IMG/VR virus record: IMGVR_UViG_3300032093_000121
Location: 62 to 64,061 of that record
Length of the DNA: 64,000 nt
From: a virus
Lineage: Duplodnaviria > Caudoviricetes
Direction: 5' to 3' (one strand)
Below the pieces are notes generated by a model. It did no database searches. It saw only the letters and a list, made by a program, of their open reading frames with translations, and had not been told where the DNA came from. This document shows, in pieces, positions 34,085 through 44,243 of the stretch (position 1 is the stretch's first letter; every line of letters begins with the position of its first letter). The position numbers and the translations under genes were made by a program.

Positions 34085-35547
34085 TCCTTCAGCTCATCAC
34101 CGAGGATAGTGCTGGCGATGTCTCGTTTGTTGCGAAGGTTGTCCACGATGCGTTCGTCAACCGTTCCGGGGCAGACGATGTCAATGTAGAGAACCGGATT
34201 ATCGTCCATGCCTGCTCGGTGAGCACGATCCTCGGACTGAAGGCGATCGATCAGACGGAAACTGTTGGAATAGTAGACCATTGTTTTGGCCTGATGCAGA
34301 GTGAGGCCAGGACCTCCCTTTTGGGCTGTGCCGACGAACCACTGAACATCTCCAGCTTGGAACGCCAGCTTGTTCCGTTCAGCCTGATCATCGTCAACAG
34401 AGCCGTCGTAGCGAACAGCTTTCTTTCCAAGAAGATCCATGATCTGGTCAACGTCATGACGAAAACGAGCCCATACAATTCCTGGATGGAAAGTCTCATC
34501 ACGAATCTCTTCCATTGCTTCGAGGCGAGGGTTCTGATTGCCCAAGATGCGAACAGGCTCATCGTCACCAGTCGGAACGTAGTTGCAGAGAATCTGTTGC
34601 ATACGAAGAAGGCGCACGATCGGGAGCTCACCATCCAGAACTTCGCCATCATCAAATTTGTAGAGAAACTCGTCTTTCAACTCGTTGTAGATTGCTCTCT
34701 GCGTGGAAGTCATTTCCACATATTTCTTGGAATACAGTTTCGGAGGAAGATCCAGAACATCGTCTTTCAAGACACGATCCGTGATCTCTTTCAGCCATTC
34801 TTCAAGAAGATCCATATTCTTGTAGCCGAGAAGTTTGTCGAAGCCAGGATCATACCCGAGCTCACGTTTACACTGCTCAGCAGTAAACCACTCACCAAAG
34901 AATTGACGGAACTCAACTGCTCCACCGATACCCTTACGTTTCCAGAAGTTTTCATCAAGAAACTTGACTTGTGAATATACGTCGAAGGGTCCAACTGCGA
35001 TTGGAGTTCCTGTGAGGATTCTTCGGTGACTCGCGTAACGCCCAGAGGCGATGATCGACTTCGTACGCTTCGCTCCTGGAGACTTGATGTTGTGAGCTTC
35101 ATCAAGAATATAGAGTGCTTTACGCCGACGAAGGAATTTCCAGACTGTGTCCTTGCCCTTCTGAGTCATGAAAGCATTGTAAGAGATGAGCATGACCGCG
35201 AGGCCCTTGTGCTTCATCAACATTTCCATTGCTCGAATGTTATCTTTGGTGTCTTTCTTTGCCGTTAGAAAGACTTGCACCATCGTGTCAAGAGCGACTT
35301 CAGCTGGCATGTGTTTCGGGATTTCATCAGTGTTCCAGTTTCGCTCAACTCCGGGAGGAGCGACGACGAGCAGACCATCTATCTCACCGTTGAGATATAG
35401 GAATGACGCTGTGTCGATGACTGGTTTTGTCTTTGCCGTTCCCTGCTCCCAGAACAGACCCCACGACGTCGAGCGAACGTGTTTCTCAAGGTGTTCTTTC
35501 TGATGGTTGAAGGGGTCAATGACGTGAGGGTATTGTGACAGATCCAT
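34075..35547 (-). CDS. SNF2-like SF2 helicase
   Basis: EQGTAKT, DEAH, LTGTP, GLTL, QSEDRAHRAG. Confidence 0.9.
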   Translation of the reverse strand: MDLSQYPHVIDPFNHQKEHLEKHVRSTSWGLFWEQGTAKTKPVIDTASFLYLNGEIDGLLVVAPPGVERNWNTDEIPKHMPAEVALDTMVQVFLTAKKDTKDNIRAMEMLMKHKGLAVMLISYNAFMTQKGKDTVWKFLRRRKALYILDEAHNIKSPGAKRTKSIIASGRYASHRRILTGTPIAVGPFDVYSQVKFLDENFWKRKGIGGAVEFRQFFGEWFTAEQCKRELGYDPGFDKLLGYKNMDLLEEWLKEITDRVLKDDVLDLPPKLYSKKYVEMTSTQRAIYNELKDEFLYKFDDGEVLDGELPIVRLLRMQQILCNYVPTGDDEPVRILGNQNPRLEAMEEIRDETFHPGIVWARFRHDVDQIMDLLGKKAVRYDGSVDDDQAERNKLAFQAGDVQWFVGTAQKGGPGLTLHQAKTMVYYSNSFRLIDRLQSEDRAHRAGMDDNPVLYIDIVCPGTVDERIVDNLRNKRDIASTILGDELKEWI

Positions 35548-35571
35548 ATGGTTTCTCCTTTTCTGAGTATC

Positions 35572-35600
35572 ATCATAGCCCAAGGAGGGCTCTCTTGCAA
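35572..35600 (-). promoter_or_regulatory. Sigma70-like promoter
   Basis: TTGCAA-N17-TATGAT. Confidence 0.6.
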
Positions 35601-35614
35601 TCTCGGTGTTTCAA

Positions 35615-35900
35615 CCTCCTGACTCCACCTGCCTTTACTTAACTTCGGGTGAAAGAAATAAGTGGAGGCAGAGGAAGTCCAATGTTTGCAACAGCTTAAC
35701 CCCTTCTGACTCTACTTACTCTACTTACTTTACTAAATAATAAGTGGAGCCTCAGAGGCCGCTCCGACCACCGTGGGCCATTTACCCCACGGTTGCCAGC
35801 TAGGGGGAGGCAGTAAAGCAAGTAAAGTCAGCCATTACATTTGCCAATGCTTCCAAGCACTTAGCGAGTTTCCTCTGACTCCACCTGCCTCCACTTACTT
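35615..35900. other. Non-coding iterated region, candidate replication origin, containing island D
   Basis: CTGACTCCACCTGCCT x2, AAGTGGAG x2, ACTTACT repeats, CAA-N4-TTA motifs, CTCAGAGGCCGCTCCGA. Confidence 0.5.
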
Positions 35901-36133
35901 CACTTCGGACAGCCCCACGCTAATCGCGCGGCGTTGTTCTGTTTTGCCTGAAGGATCGAGTCATCAGGCCACGAAGACTTCCAGTATATCGGTTTCCAAG
36001 CATCACAGACAGCGAGCTGATTAGCCTCGCCAGTCTCAATCTTTCCGATACCCGTCATCGTCGTGCAGCTTGCCAGCATCAGCGTCACGAGCAACAGCGT
36101 CACGCGCTGCAAGAGCTTTCTTGACCCGACCAT
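35900..36133 (-). CDS. o-spanin (Rz1-like lipoprotein)
   Basis: Lipobox MLASC; overlaps the i-spanin. Confidence 0.75.
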   Translation of the reverse strand: MVGSRKLLQRVTLLLVTLMLASCTTMTGIGKIETGEANQLAVCDAWKPIYWKSSWPDDSILQAKQNNAARLAWGCPK

Positions 36134-36260
36134 TGAGTTCCTCCATCTGTTCCTGGATAGCTCTCGCTCCTCCAGCATCCAATAGCTTATTCCGTTCAAC
36201 ATAGTCGAACAGAGATTGAGCCATCTTTAGAAGTGCTAAAAGAAGCGAGAGCCAAGACAC
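36036..36260 (-). CDS. i-spanin (Rz-like)
   Basis: N-terminal TM plus coiled coil, ends DDGYRKD. Confidence 0.7.
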   Translation of the reverse strand: MSWLSLLLALLKMAQSLFDYVERNKLLDAGGARAIQEQMEELNGRVKKALAARDAVARDADAGKLHDDDGYRKD

Positions 36261-36272
36261 AGGATCACCTCC

Positions 36273-36518
36273 TCACTTGACAGGTGGTTGCTGTTTCGCC
36301 AGACCAGAGAACCCGTCACGAACGATGTTGACCAGCGTCTTGAGAACTCCAAGAGCCGCAACGGCCAAAGAAGTCCATTCAGGCGAGATCCACGAACCTG
36401 AGCATTCAAGGTTTCCGGTAGGGAGAGCAGAGCACCCCGTAGCGATCAAGAACGCAGTGAAGGCTGCGAGCAGCGCAATCACAACGTTCAAGATATTGTG
36501 AAACAAATTGGAATTCAT
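36273..36518 (-). CDS. Holin-like membrane protein
   Basis: Two TM segments, next to the endolysin. Confidence 0.55.
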   Translation of the reverse strand: MNSNLFHNILNVVIALLAAFTAFLIATGCSALPTGNLECSGSWISPEWTSLAVAALGVLKTLVNIVRDGFSGLAKQQPPVK

Positions 36519-36564
36519 ATCTACTCCTTTTCTCCTCATACCTACCTGCCGGATAGGCTCGGTC

Positions 36565-37290
36565 TCAGACGATCGCTCCGAGTGGATCTTTGCGAACGTC
36601 GAAGGACGGACACGCCTTGTTGGCGTATTGATTGTGACCAGTGATTTTCTTCACCTTGAATTTCTTCGCCAGGAAGCGATTCAGCCATAGCATCGAACTT
36701 CTCTGGGCTTCCGTGCGAGTGTCCTCGGCTCGCTTGCCATCAGCGCTGATGCCACCGAAATAACTCACGCCGATTGTGCCAGTGTTGTGATCCTGAACGT
36801 GGGCACCGACCTGACCGATGGGACGCCCAAGAGAGATGCGACCATCAGGATGAATGAGGTAGTGATAGCCAACGTCCGAGAAACCGCGAGCCTTGTGCCA
36901 CGAGCGAACGTCTTCGACGGTGTAGTCTTTACCAGCCGGAGTCGCCGTGCAGTGATTGATGATCTCGTCGATTGGACGCTTTGTGTCGAGTAGCTTCAGA
37001 GACGAGAGATTCGGAGGCGGAAGACCTTCTGACGAAGTGAAAACCAGCTCAGGAGCTGGATTCTGCATCGGTGTCTTGTCAGGCTCTGGCTTTTTCGATT
37101 TCGGAGGAGTGATTGCCTCAAGCAGAACTTTCTTTGTCTGAGGTCCAGCTTTGCCATCAACGACAAGACCGTACTTTTCCTGAAATGCTTCGACAGCTTT
37201 CTTTGTGATCTTACCAGCCTTGCCGTCGATCACTCCAGGATTGAAGCCGAGCTTTTTCAGTGCCTCTTGGATTTGAAGAATGTTCATCAC
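36565..37290 (-). CDS. Endolysin: PG-binding domain plus T7-type N-acetylmuramoyl-L-alanine amidase
   Basis: Q..L..LGF.PG.IDG..G..T..AV..FQ; HCTAT, GYHY, GAH, GH, ACPSF. Confidence 0.92.
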   Translation of the reverse strand: MMNILQIQEALKKLGFNPGVIDGKAGKITKKAVEAFQEKYGLVVDGKAGPQTKKVLLEAITPPKSKKPEPDKTPMQNPAPELVFTSSEGLPPPNLSSLKLLDTKRPIDEIINHCTATPAGKDYTVEDVRSWHKARGFSDVGYHYLIHPDGRISLGRPIGQVGAHVQDHNTGTIGVSYFGGISADGKRAEDTRTEAQRSSMLWLNRFLAKKFKVKKITGHNQYANKACPSFDVRKDPLGAIV

Positions 37291-37754
37291 TGCTCTCCTT
37301 TCTTCACCACATTCGGTGTCACATCGAGAGATGGAATAGAATCAGGGTTGATCACGAAGTTGAAGACTGCTGGACGAAGTGGGATGAATCCGAACAGCCA
37401 AACTCGACGACTGTATGTGATAGAGATCGGAGGTCCCTGCTCAAGACATGGGAAAGCCCAGTCGAGTATCACATACTGCGATAGATCTCCTGGAAGCTGT
37501 CTGTAAGTAGCGATACCTCTCTCACTGCAAACCAGCGAATCGTCCTTTGCAAGAAGACGGTATTCGGCCCACCAGTCAGCTTCGACAGTTCCAAATGGGG
37601 TCTCTCGTACAGAGGACATCACCCATTGATTGTTTGAATCTTTGACGATCGTCATCGTCTTCTGATTTATGAAAAAGTTTGTTGAAAATATAAGCCAGGA
37701 AACAATGGCGATCTTCAACACCAAAAGAGTGGTGAAAATGATTCGAAGTTTCAT
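37287..37754 (-). CDS. Membrane-anchored protein in the lysis cassette
   Basis: N-terminal TM from MKLRII; TGATG coupling. Confidence 0.6.
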   Translation of the reverse strand: MKLRIIFTTLLVLKIAIVSWLIFSTNFFINQKTMTIVKDSNNQWVMSSVRETPFGTVEADWWAEYRLLAKDDSLVCSERGIATYRQLPGDLSQYVILDWAFPCLEQGPPISITYSRRVWLFGFIPLRPAVFNFVINPDSIPSLDVTPNVVKKGEQ

Positions 37755-37990
37755 CACGGGGCACCTCCAACGATGACCTTCCTGAAGGTCCAAATAATTC
37801 CAAGAAGAGTGGTCACCACTGTTCCCAGAGTTGCGATCCCCCATTTCAATCTGTTGGCCTCTTCTCTGGCCCGCTCTTTTTCCCGCTCGTTCATTTCCTT
37901 CCGGAGCGCTTCGATTTCCTCATGCTGTTCCTCGAGTTTCTTCTCAAGGGCAGCTATTCTCCAATCCGAAAGGTCATTCTGAGTTGTCAT
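37754..37990 (-). CDS. Coiled-coil plus C-terminal TM protein (holin/antiholin-like)
   Basis: GGGAG SD; topology and position. Confidence 0.6.
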   Translation of the reverse strand: MTTQNDLSDWRIAALEKKLEEQHEEIEALRKEMNEREKERAREEANRLKWGIATLGTVVTTLLGIIWTFRKVIVGGAP

Positions 37991-38055
37991 CGAGCGCTCC
38001 CTCTATTCAGCAACTGGATGTTTATGTTGAGCTAGTCTCCAGTTTGGTTGCACGA

Positions 38056-38190
38056 GGGCAACGCTAAGGCCAGCCAGTTTATTGCGCCCTTCAGAGCCGC
38101 CATCAGAGCCGCTCTGAACCCCTTGGCTGGCATTGGTGGCACAACATACAGGCCAGCCCTTGCCGCTTGCCAGCGGCCTTCTGAGGCGTC
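38056..38190. repeat. TCWGAG-box island E
   Basis: TCAGAGCCGC x2, CTCTGAA, about 60 nt free of TC/GA, GCCAGCGGCCTTCTGAG identical to island C. Confidence 0.7.
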
Positions 38191-38217
38191 CTGTTTTATG
38201 TTCCACCAACCCCATTC

Positions 38218-38436
38218 TTAAGCCTCCGGTAACTCAGGACGAGCAGCGAGTTGCTCTTGGAGATTACGAACTGCACCGCGCTCCAGTTCGAGTTCCTGCA
38301 TCACCTGTTGAAGCTGAGCCTGAACTCCAGCTTTCTCGCCAGCCATCGCAGCGCACCGTTCAGAGAGCTGCGAAACCTGCTGACGAAGTTCAGCCATGAA
38401 GGCTTCAACCTCGACAGGAATTGTGAAAGTTGCCAT
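38218..38436 (-). CDS. Coiled-coil hypothetical protein
   Basis: GGAG SD; promoter TTGCTA-N17-TATGAT at 38472-38500. Confidence 0.6.
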   Translation of the reverse strand: MATFTIPVEVEAFMAELRQQVSQLSERCAAMAGEKAGVQAQLQQVMQELELERGAVRNLQEQLAARPELPEA

Positions 38437-38506
38437 GATCGTATCTCCGTGATATCTATGATTATTTGGTGATCATACTTCCAAAAAGCCGTTCTAGCAA
38501 TCGAAA

Positions 38507-38788
38507 TTACTTTACGGCTTTTGTGGAAGCAGGTTCTTCTTGGGCTTCTCCGGCAGCGGCTTTTTCGTCCGCTTTTCTCTTGGCGACGGCTTCAGCAGCG
38601 GCCTTGTTTTCAGCGGCAATTTCAGTGAGGAGACGAGCTTTGACTGAACCACTTTTCGTCTCCTGTGTTCCATCAGAAAGATTCACAAGCACTGTTCCAG
38701 CTTCCTCGTCCCATTCAACGACCCCGTCAAGAGGATATCCGTTGATTGTGACTCGGTAATTGTCAGGATTTTTCTTTGCCATATTCAT
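38507..38788 (-). CDS. Hypothetical protein
   Basis: AAGGAG SD after the fibre gene. Confidence 0.6.
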   Translation of the reverse strand: MNMAKKNPDNYRVTINGYPLDGVVEWDEEAGTVLVNLSDGTQETKSGSVKARLLTEIAAENKAAAEAVAKRKADEKAAAGEAQEEPASTKAVK

Positions 38789-38794
38789 ATCTCC

Positions 38795-40294
38795 TTATAG
38801 AGCTCCGTAGGCTGCAAGATACCAAGCTGCTCCATCATAAACAGCCTCAGCCCATGTATTTGTCGCCATAGCTTTTCCAGCGAATGTGATATTGAAAGCC
38901 CCGCCGCCAGTTCTCGTGAGGCGCTTCTTCATTCCAGTGAGAGCACCAGATGTTCCAAGCGTACAGGCTCTCGCAGCAGTAAGAGTTCCTGTGTGACGAG
39001 TTTCAAAAGGATCCGCAGGGTTGATAGTGAAAGCTGCATCAGTCGCAATTGCCTGATAGCCTTCAGTCATTGTCACTCGGCCAGTTGTGGCATTGATTGT
39101 GAAAGCTGTGATGAACGAACTTCCGTTCGGCGAGACTTTGATGGTGAAATTGTCATCAGCCAGAAGCCCAAAGAGAGCGCGAGTGGAGAAGTTCGTTTGG
39201 AACGTGAAGGACGCATCGTCACCAGCAGCTTGTTTGTTTAGAGTCGCTCCGACACTCGCTGTTTTACGATTCAGCAGAAGATTTCCGCTTACGGACAAAC
39301 CATTATTCGCATCAGCAGAAGCGCCACCGACACCGACGTTTCCATCAGCATTTCGGATATTCAAACCGGTGAAGAATGAAGATCCATTCGGTGATACTTT
39401 GATTGTGAAATGATCGTCAGCGAGAAGTCCAAACAATGCTCGAGTGCTGAAAGCAGTTTGAAATGTGAACGAAGCATCATTGCCAGCGGCATTCTTATTG
39501 AGAGTGGTGTTTACGCTTGTTCCAGCGTTATTCACAAGAACAGATGGCGTATTCAACGAGAGGCGATTTGTCGCATCCGGAGTTGCACCACCGAGACCGA
39601 GATACAATAGAGTCGCAGTTGTAGCTGTCCCTGCGAGAGTCGTCGTTCCAACCAAATTGATTGTCGTATTGATAGAACTGAAATTCACAGTTGGTGAATT
39701 GATCGTCGTGGTTCCGAGTGAACCAGCTACAGCGGAACCGATATTGATCGTCGTTGTAGAAGTGGAAACACCACCAGTTCCGATGTTCACGGTCTTTGAA
39801 GTAGCAGTAAGCGTCGCTCCGCTACCTACGTTGATAGTCGAAGCAGCGGTGCTTGTCCCAAGAGAGGCACTGGCAGCAGAGACAACAAAAGTTCCTGAGA
39901 AAGTCTTTGCACCAGAAGCTGTCTGAGTTGTGGAGAGAGTCATCCCTCCAGCGCCAGTGATGATATCAGTCCAGGAAGTTCCATTCCATGCTACGAGAAC
40001 ATCTTCATCCTGAATGTAGCAGAGCCAGCCTTCCACTTGGGAATAGAATTTCCAAGCTGCATCAACCCAAGCTGCGATCTTGTTGGCTTGACCAGTCCAA
40101 GCTCCAGTCGCTCCGGCAGCGACAATATATCTGTCACCTTGATTGGGAGTTGCTGGAGGAGTTGTCAAGTTCCTATCAAGAACAGTCAGTTGAACAAGAA
40201 TGTCAAGATCACGAAACGAGGCGTTCACAGGAACGTGTTTCTGGGCCTGATTCGACCCGATCATTGGAAGTCCGAGGACTGGAGTGTTTGCCAT
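38795..40294 (-). CDS. Tail fibre protein (DUF2793 N-terminus)
   Basis: TP.LGLP...QAQKHV.VN...LD, PP..P..GDRYIV..GATGAW.G; internal duplication. Confidence 0.85.
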   Translation of the reverse strand: MANTPVLGLPMIGSNQAQKHVPVNASFRDLDILVQLTVLDRNLTTPPATPNQGDRYIVAAGATGAWTGQANKIAAWVDAAWKFYSQVEGWLCYIQDEDVLVAWNGTSWTDIITGAGGMTLSTTQTASGAKTFSGTFVVSAASASLGTSTAASTINVGSGATLTATSKTVNIGTGGVSTSTTTINIGSAVAGSLGTTTINSPTVNFSSINTTINLVGTTTLAGTATTATLLYLGLGGATPDATNRLSLNTPSVLVNNAGTSVNTTLNKNAAGNDASFTFQTAFSTRALFGLLADDHFTIKVSPNGSSFFTGLNIRNADGNVGVGGASADANNGLSVSGNLLLNRKTASVGATLNKQAAGDDASFTFQTNFSTRALFGLLADDNFTIKVSPNGSSFITAFTINATTGRVTMTEGYQAIATDAAFTINPADPFETRHTGTLTAARACTLGTSGALTGMKKRLTRTGGGAFNITFAGKAMATNTWAEAVYDGAAWYLAAYGAL

Positions 40295-40307
40295 TGCTAT
40301 CCCTTCC

Positions 40308-43300
40308 TCACGGTGCGACCGCGTCGACTATGAGCGTTTCATCGGCAGCATGGCCTCTTCCGATAGAAGAGCTCAGCTGATAAATTCTAACGTGAACCGA
40401 CGTCTGAAGACTCCCGAAATCGGTAACCTGATCGGCCGCCGAGTAAGTATAATCCGTAGACGTCAATCCTGCAAGTGATCTTACAACCGAAGCTCCATTG
40501 AGGATTTCAAGGTCGTATTTCTCATATTCTTCATTCAACGGAGGCTCAACTGTGCTGTCCCAATCGTCTCCACCGAAACGTGTACGACGAGCCCATGAGA
40601 TTTGAATCCTCCCATCTGGGTTTGTCTCGACGGCTTGCAATGAAGTTGGAGCATAGGGCATGAGCCCGACTGCCCTAAATGTCAGAGTCTGATCTTGATA
40701 GGTGTCTTCTGAAGGATCATCAGCAGAAGGACCATACCGATAAGTCAGAGTAAACGTCTTCTGGGAATTTGTAATTCCGAGAGGAACAAGAATACTCGTC
40801 TGCAAGAAAACAACTCTTGCATCGATGGAGATCGTTGCCATATCAGCTTCAGTTCCGAGCTGACCTCTAATGAGACCGTTAAGATCATAGGTTGTCCCGC
40901 TGACAAGAGTCGCGTTGACGAACTGAATGATCTCCCAGAGACCGTTATCATTCTTGACAGCTATGGCGTTCAATCCACTGTAGATCGCATCCTCAGTGTT
41001 GCTCGTTGGCTGAAATATGGGGTTGCTGATGTTGACACGAAGAGTTTGTCCATAATTGATGACCCATGGAGAAGCTGGCTCAAGAGCAGTCATAGTTCTG
41101 GCAAAGACAGAACGATTTTCAATCTGGTTGATCAGAGTCAATCCAGAAGTCACAGGATCTTTGATATAGATATCAACACTCGGCGGGAAGGGATCCTGAT
41201 AGGCTACTACTCGAGGAGCCCAAGGAGAACTTTCGGAACCAGTGAGAAGAGGAATATCCAGGAACTCGACAATGGACTTTCCATAGACGTTCGGTGCAGT
41301 TGAGATTGGGGGACGTCCAGAGAACGCCATGCCACCATAGATCGAAGGTTCGTGAGTTGAGAATTCAATCTTACGATTAAGACCATCCTCGACACCATTG
41401 ATTCTTGTCGAGAAGAATCTGCTACCAATCGTGAAAGTCAAACCGTCTCCTGGCTCGAATTTCATTTTAGAAATTGGGAACAGGAACTCACCAACTTCAC
41501 GAGCAGCCCAACTTTCTTGAACAATTTGATCAGCAAGAGATCGTGCATATTTCTGATCCAAGACAACAGGGAATTGGACTCTAGCGACGTTCTGACTTTC
41601 TCCAACAATCTTTGTTCCAGACACAGAGGCTGACTGGTACGAATTCTCTGGATCCATAAAGTCGACTCTTGCAGCAGCAATGAGCTCAGTCTCTTGCTGG
41701 CGAGTTATTGAGAAACCTCCTGGGTTGCCTTTCTCAGTTACAAGATCATTGATATCAATGTTGTTGAAAACTGTGTCGATGCGAAGAGAGAACTTCAATT
41801 TCCCACCGCTTTCATAACCATCGAACATGAAAGCAGAGAAAAGAGAAGTCAGCATTTCTCGCGGCGACATGATGTTGTCAACAACATATCCAGGAACGAT
41901 TGTGTTCTGTCCAACGAGTTCGGAAACGTCGACATCATTCTCGAGCCCAACGAGGCTCATGAATTCAGTGACGAGGGCTCCAAGAGTTACCGAGCCAGCA
42001 CGTCCATTCAGCCAATGACCGAGAGTCCAGTTTGCTCCATCGCTCCAGACTTCGTTTAGATACGGGAATTGAGGATATGGGCGAGCGTCCCAAGTCCAGG
42101 CCCACATATCTTCATGAGCAACCATCGAACCGCCATTGTCACGCCAGTATTTGACGAAGACTTCGATGTAAGTTCTCTGGATGACATCGTCTCGTTGTCC
42201 AGTCGAATAATGCGGATACTCTGACTCAGATGACTTAGGATCAACGAAAACGTTCGGTTGATTGGTTCCTTTATCGACAGCTGGACACCCGAATTCAGTG
42301 AAGATCACTCGTTTACTTCCGGGAGTCCATCCAGTTGGAGAACCGCTTTGAACTCCAGCCGGACGATTGAAGTGCTGATTGTTCCACCAATTGCGAATGT
42401 CTTTCTGACGGAAGACCCACGGTTTTCCATAAGCGCCATCAGTGATAGCAGTGCGAATTTGGTTATCACGATTGGATTCATTCGCATAGAACCAATCGTA
42501 GTATTCGCCTCCTTCGATGTTCGAAGTCAGATAATTTCGATCATAGATCTTTCTCGGCCCGTTCACACCGTCATAATCAGTGTGAAGAATTCCATCACGC
42601 CAATCAGAAAGAGGCATGTAGTTGTCGATACCGATGAAATCAGCAGCTTGCCAAATAGGATCCATGTTGAAGTAGACATCATTCGTCCCATCTCCAGGAC
42701 GATGAGAATGGTATTCACTCCAATCAGCAGCGTATCCAACTTCTGTGGCAACACCACCGATTGCTTTCACATCATTAATGAGGCTGGCGTATTTCGTGAC
42801 AGCAGGATAGTTTGAAGCAGAAGAGCGGATGCTCGTCACTCCAACCATTTCGGTCCCGACACAGAAGTAATCAACTCCACCAGCCGCTTTGCAGAGCAGA
42901 GCGTAGTGGAGAATCATTCTGCGAATGCCCCAATCGGACCCACCAGTCCAGTCAACCTGAGTTCCAGAGACGCTGAAGTTACCAGTAGTCGCGCTTCCAA
43001 AAAGACTGTCGACCTGAGTTGAAGCAGTTGCAGTCTTGTCAACCGTTCCAGCGAAACCAGGAGCTGGATGACAAGTGATACGTCCTCTCCACGGGAAAGC
43101 AGCCTGACCTACTCCAGCACCATTCGCAGAGTAAGGGTTCGGCTTTGTGTTTCCAGAAGGGATATCCATAAGAGTGAACGGGTAGAAGCAGACCTTATGA
43201 CCTCGAGACTTCAACTCCTGGATAGCTTGAACAATAGAATGATCTGATGGAGTTCCACCATAGATAGGACGACCCTGACTGTCCACTGAGACGAGAGTAG

Positions 43301-44243
43301 CTCCAGAACGAACTATGCCGTTCACTCTCCATGGAACTGAGTTGCTCTTGTTTGCCACTTCCACTCTGGGCTTGAACTGGCAGTTACCAGCACGAAGATC
43401 ATCACCAAACCAACCGACAACGAGATTGACAGTTTCGATATTTGGAAGAGCACAGTTCATCTGATCAAGAGAGATTTCGATGTCAGTGACATTCTTCTTG
43501 TAGTGAGAATTCTCAGCCTGAGAGTTACCCTCACCATCACTTTTCGTTGTGACTACATTAGAGTAGATGAACTCTCCAGAAGAAGGAATGAGAGAAATAC
43601 CCTGAAGGATGTTCTCCATGACGTCAGGGTCATTGACTGCCACCTGATGATTGATTTCAGCAGTTACCTGAGGAATACGATTTCCAAAATCTGCAAGAGG
43701 AAGATCTTCAAAAACAAGATAAGCAGTTCCACGAAAAGCTGGAACTTTGTCTGCACCCTCAACTTGTTGAATCAAACTGTCAGGAGACTGAGTACTTGTT
43801 CCCTCGTACCAGCGCCAATTGAATTTAGAAATATCGACGAGAGATCCGTCAAACCAAACACGACCGAGTTCAGTGCAGGGACCTCCTTCACAGAAAGCAA
43901 CTGCGAATGAAATCGAATAAGTGTAACTCGTGACTGTCTGTCCGCCGCCTCCACCTTTGCCGCCACCGACTTCTTCTTCGGTCTTAGTTTCTTTGAAATG
44001 GGTCGCCCAGATTAACGTCCCACCAATTCTGCAACGTCCGTAGAGGCGTTTGATTGGAGACCCTTCTGTAGAGTTTGATACAGCGATTTCTTGAAGACGA
44101 GGACCCTCAGTGTTCTGGTGAGTTGCAAAGAGTCGATTGTCAATGAACGTACCGATAGCAGTCGCAGCGAGAGACGCAGCGAACAATCCCCAACCGGAAA
44201 GCCCAAGAGAAGCGACAGCAGAAGTCAGGATGAGAGTAGCCAT
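40308..44243 (-). CDS. GTA-type megatron / central tail-tip protein (TIM-barrel plus phage-tail domain)
   Basis: EGPRL, PAFRGTAY.VFE.LPL..FGNRIPQ, YAADWSEY, GIDNYMPLSDWRDG, WTWDARPYP. Confidence 0.9.
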   Translation of the reverse strand: MATLILTSAVASLGLSGWGLFAASLAATAIGTFIDNRLFATHQNTEGPRLQEIAVSNSTEGSPIKRLYGRCRIGGTLIWATHFKETKTEEEVGGGKGGGGGQTVTSYTYSISFAVAFCEGGPCTELGRVWFDGSLVDISKFNWRWYEGTSTQSPDSLIQQVEGADKVPAFRGTAYLVFEDLPLADFGNRIPQVTAEINHQVAVNDPDVMENILQGISLIPSSGEFIYSNVVTTKSDGEGNSQAENSHYKKNVTDIEISLDQMNCALPNIETVNLVVGWFGDDLRAGNCQFKPRVEVANKSNSVPWRVNGIVRSGATLVSVDSQGRPIYGGTPSDHSIVQAIQELKSRGHKVCFYPFTLMDIPSGNTKPNPYSANGAGVGQAAFPWRGRITCHPAPGFAGTVDKTATASTQVDSLFGSATTGNFSVSGTQVDWTGGSDWGIRRMILHYALLCKAAGGVDYFCVGTEMVGVTSIRSSASNYPAVTKYASLINDVKAIGGVATEVGYAADWSEYHSHRPGDGTNDVYFNMDPIWQAADFIGIDNYMPLSDWRDGILHTDYDGVNGPRKIYDRNYLTSNIEGGEYYDWFYANESNRDNQIRTAITDGAYGKPWVFRQKDIRNWWNNQHFNRPAGVQSGSPTGWTPGSKRVIFTEFGCPAVDKGTNQPNVFVDPKSSESEYPHYSTGQRDDVIQRTYIEVFVKYWRDNGGSMVAHEDMWAWTWDARPYPQFPYLNEVWSDGANWTLGHWLNGRAGSVTLGALVTEFMSLVGLENDVDVSELVGQNTIVPGYVVDNIMSPREMLTSLFSAFMFDGYESGGKLKFSLRIDTVFNNIDINDLVTEKGNPGGFSITRQQETELIAAARVDFMDPENSYQSASVSGTKIVGESQNVARVQFPVVLDQKYARSLADQIVQESWAAREVGEFLFPISKMKFEPGDGLTFTIGSRFFSTRINGVEDGLNRKIEFSTHEPSIYGGMAFSGRPPISTAPNVYGKSIVEFLDIPLLTGSESSPWAPRVVAYQDPFPPSVDIYIKDPVTSGLTLINQIENRSVFARTMTALEPASPWVINYGQTLRVNISNPIFQPTSNTEDAIYSGLNAIAVKNDNGLWEIIQFVNATLVSGTTYDLNGLIRGQLGTEADMATISIDARVVFLQTSILVPLGITNSQKTFTLTYRYGPSADDPSEDTYQDQTLTFRAVGLMPYAPTSLQAVETNPDGRIQISWARRTRFGGDDWDSTVEPPLNEEYEKYDLEILNGASVVRSLAGLTSTDYTYSAADQVTDFGSLQTSVHVRIYQLSSSIGRGHAADETLIVDAVAP

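Noticed and set aside
38003-38215. 70-aa ORF over island E
   Set aside because: Atypical composition; the region is better explained as the DNA element
39095-39505. DGR template/variable repeat pair
   Set aside because: Both copies are in frame in one gene, differences are not adenine-specific, and no reverse transcriptase was seen
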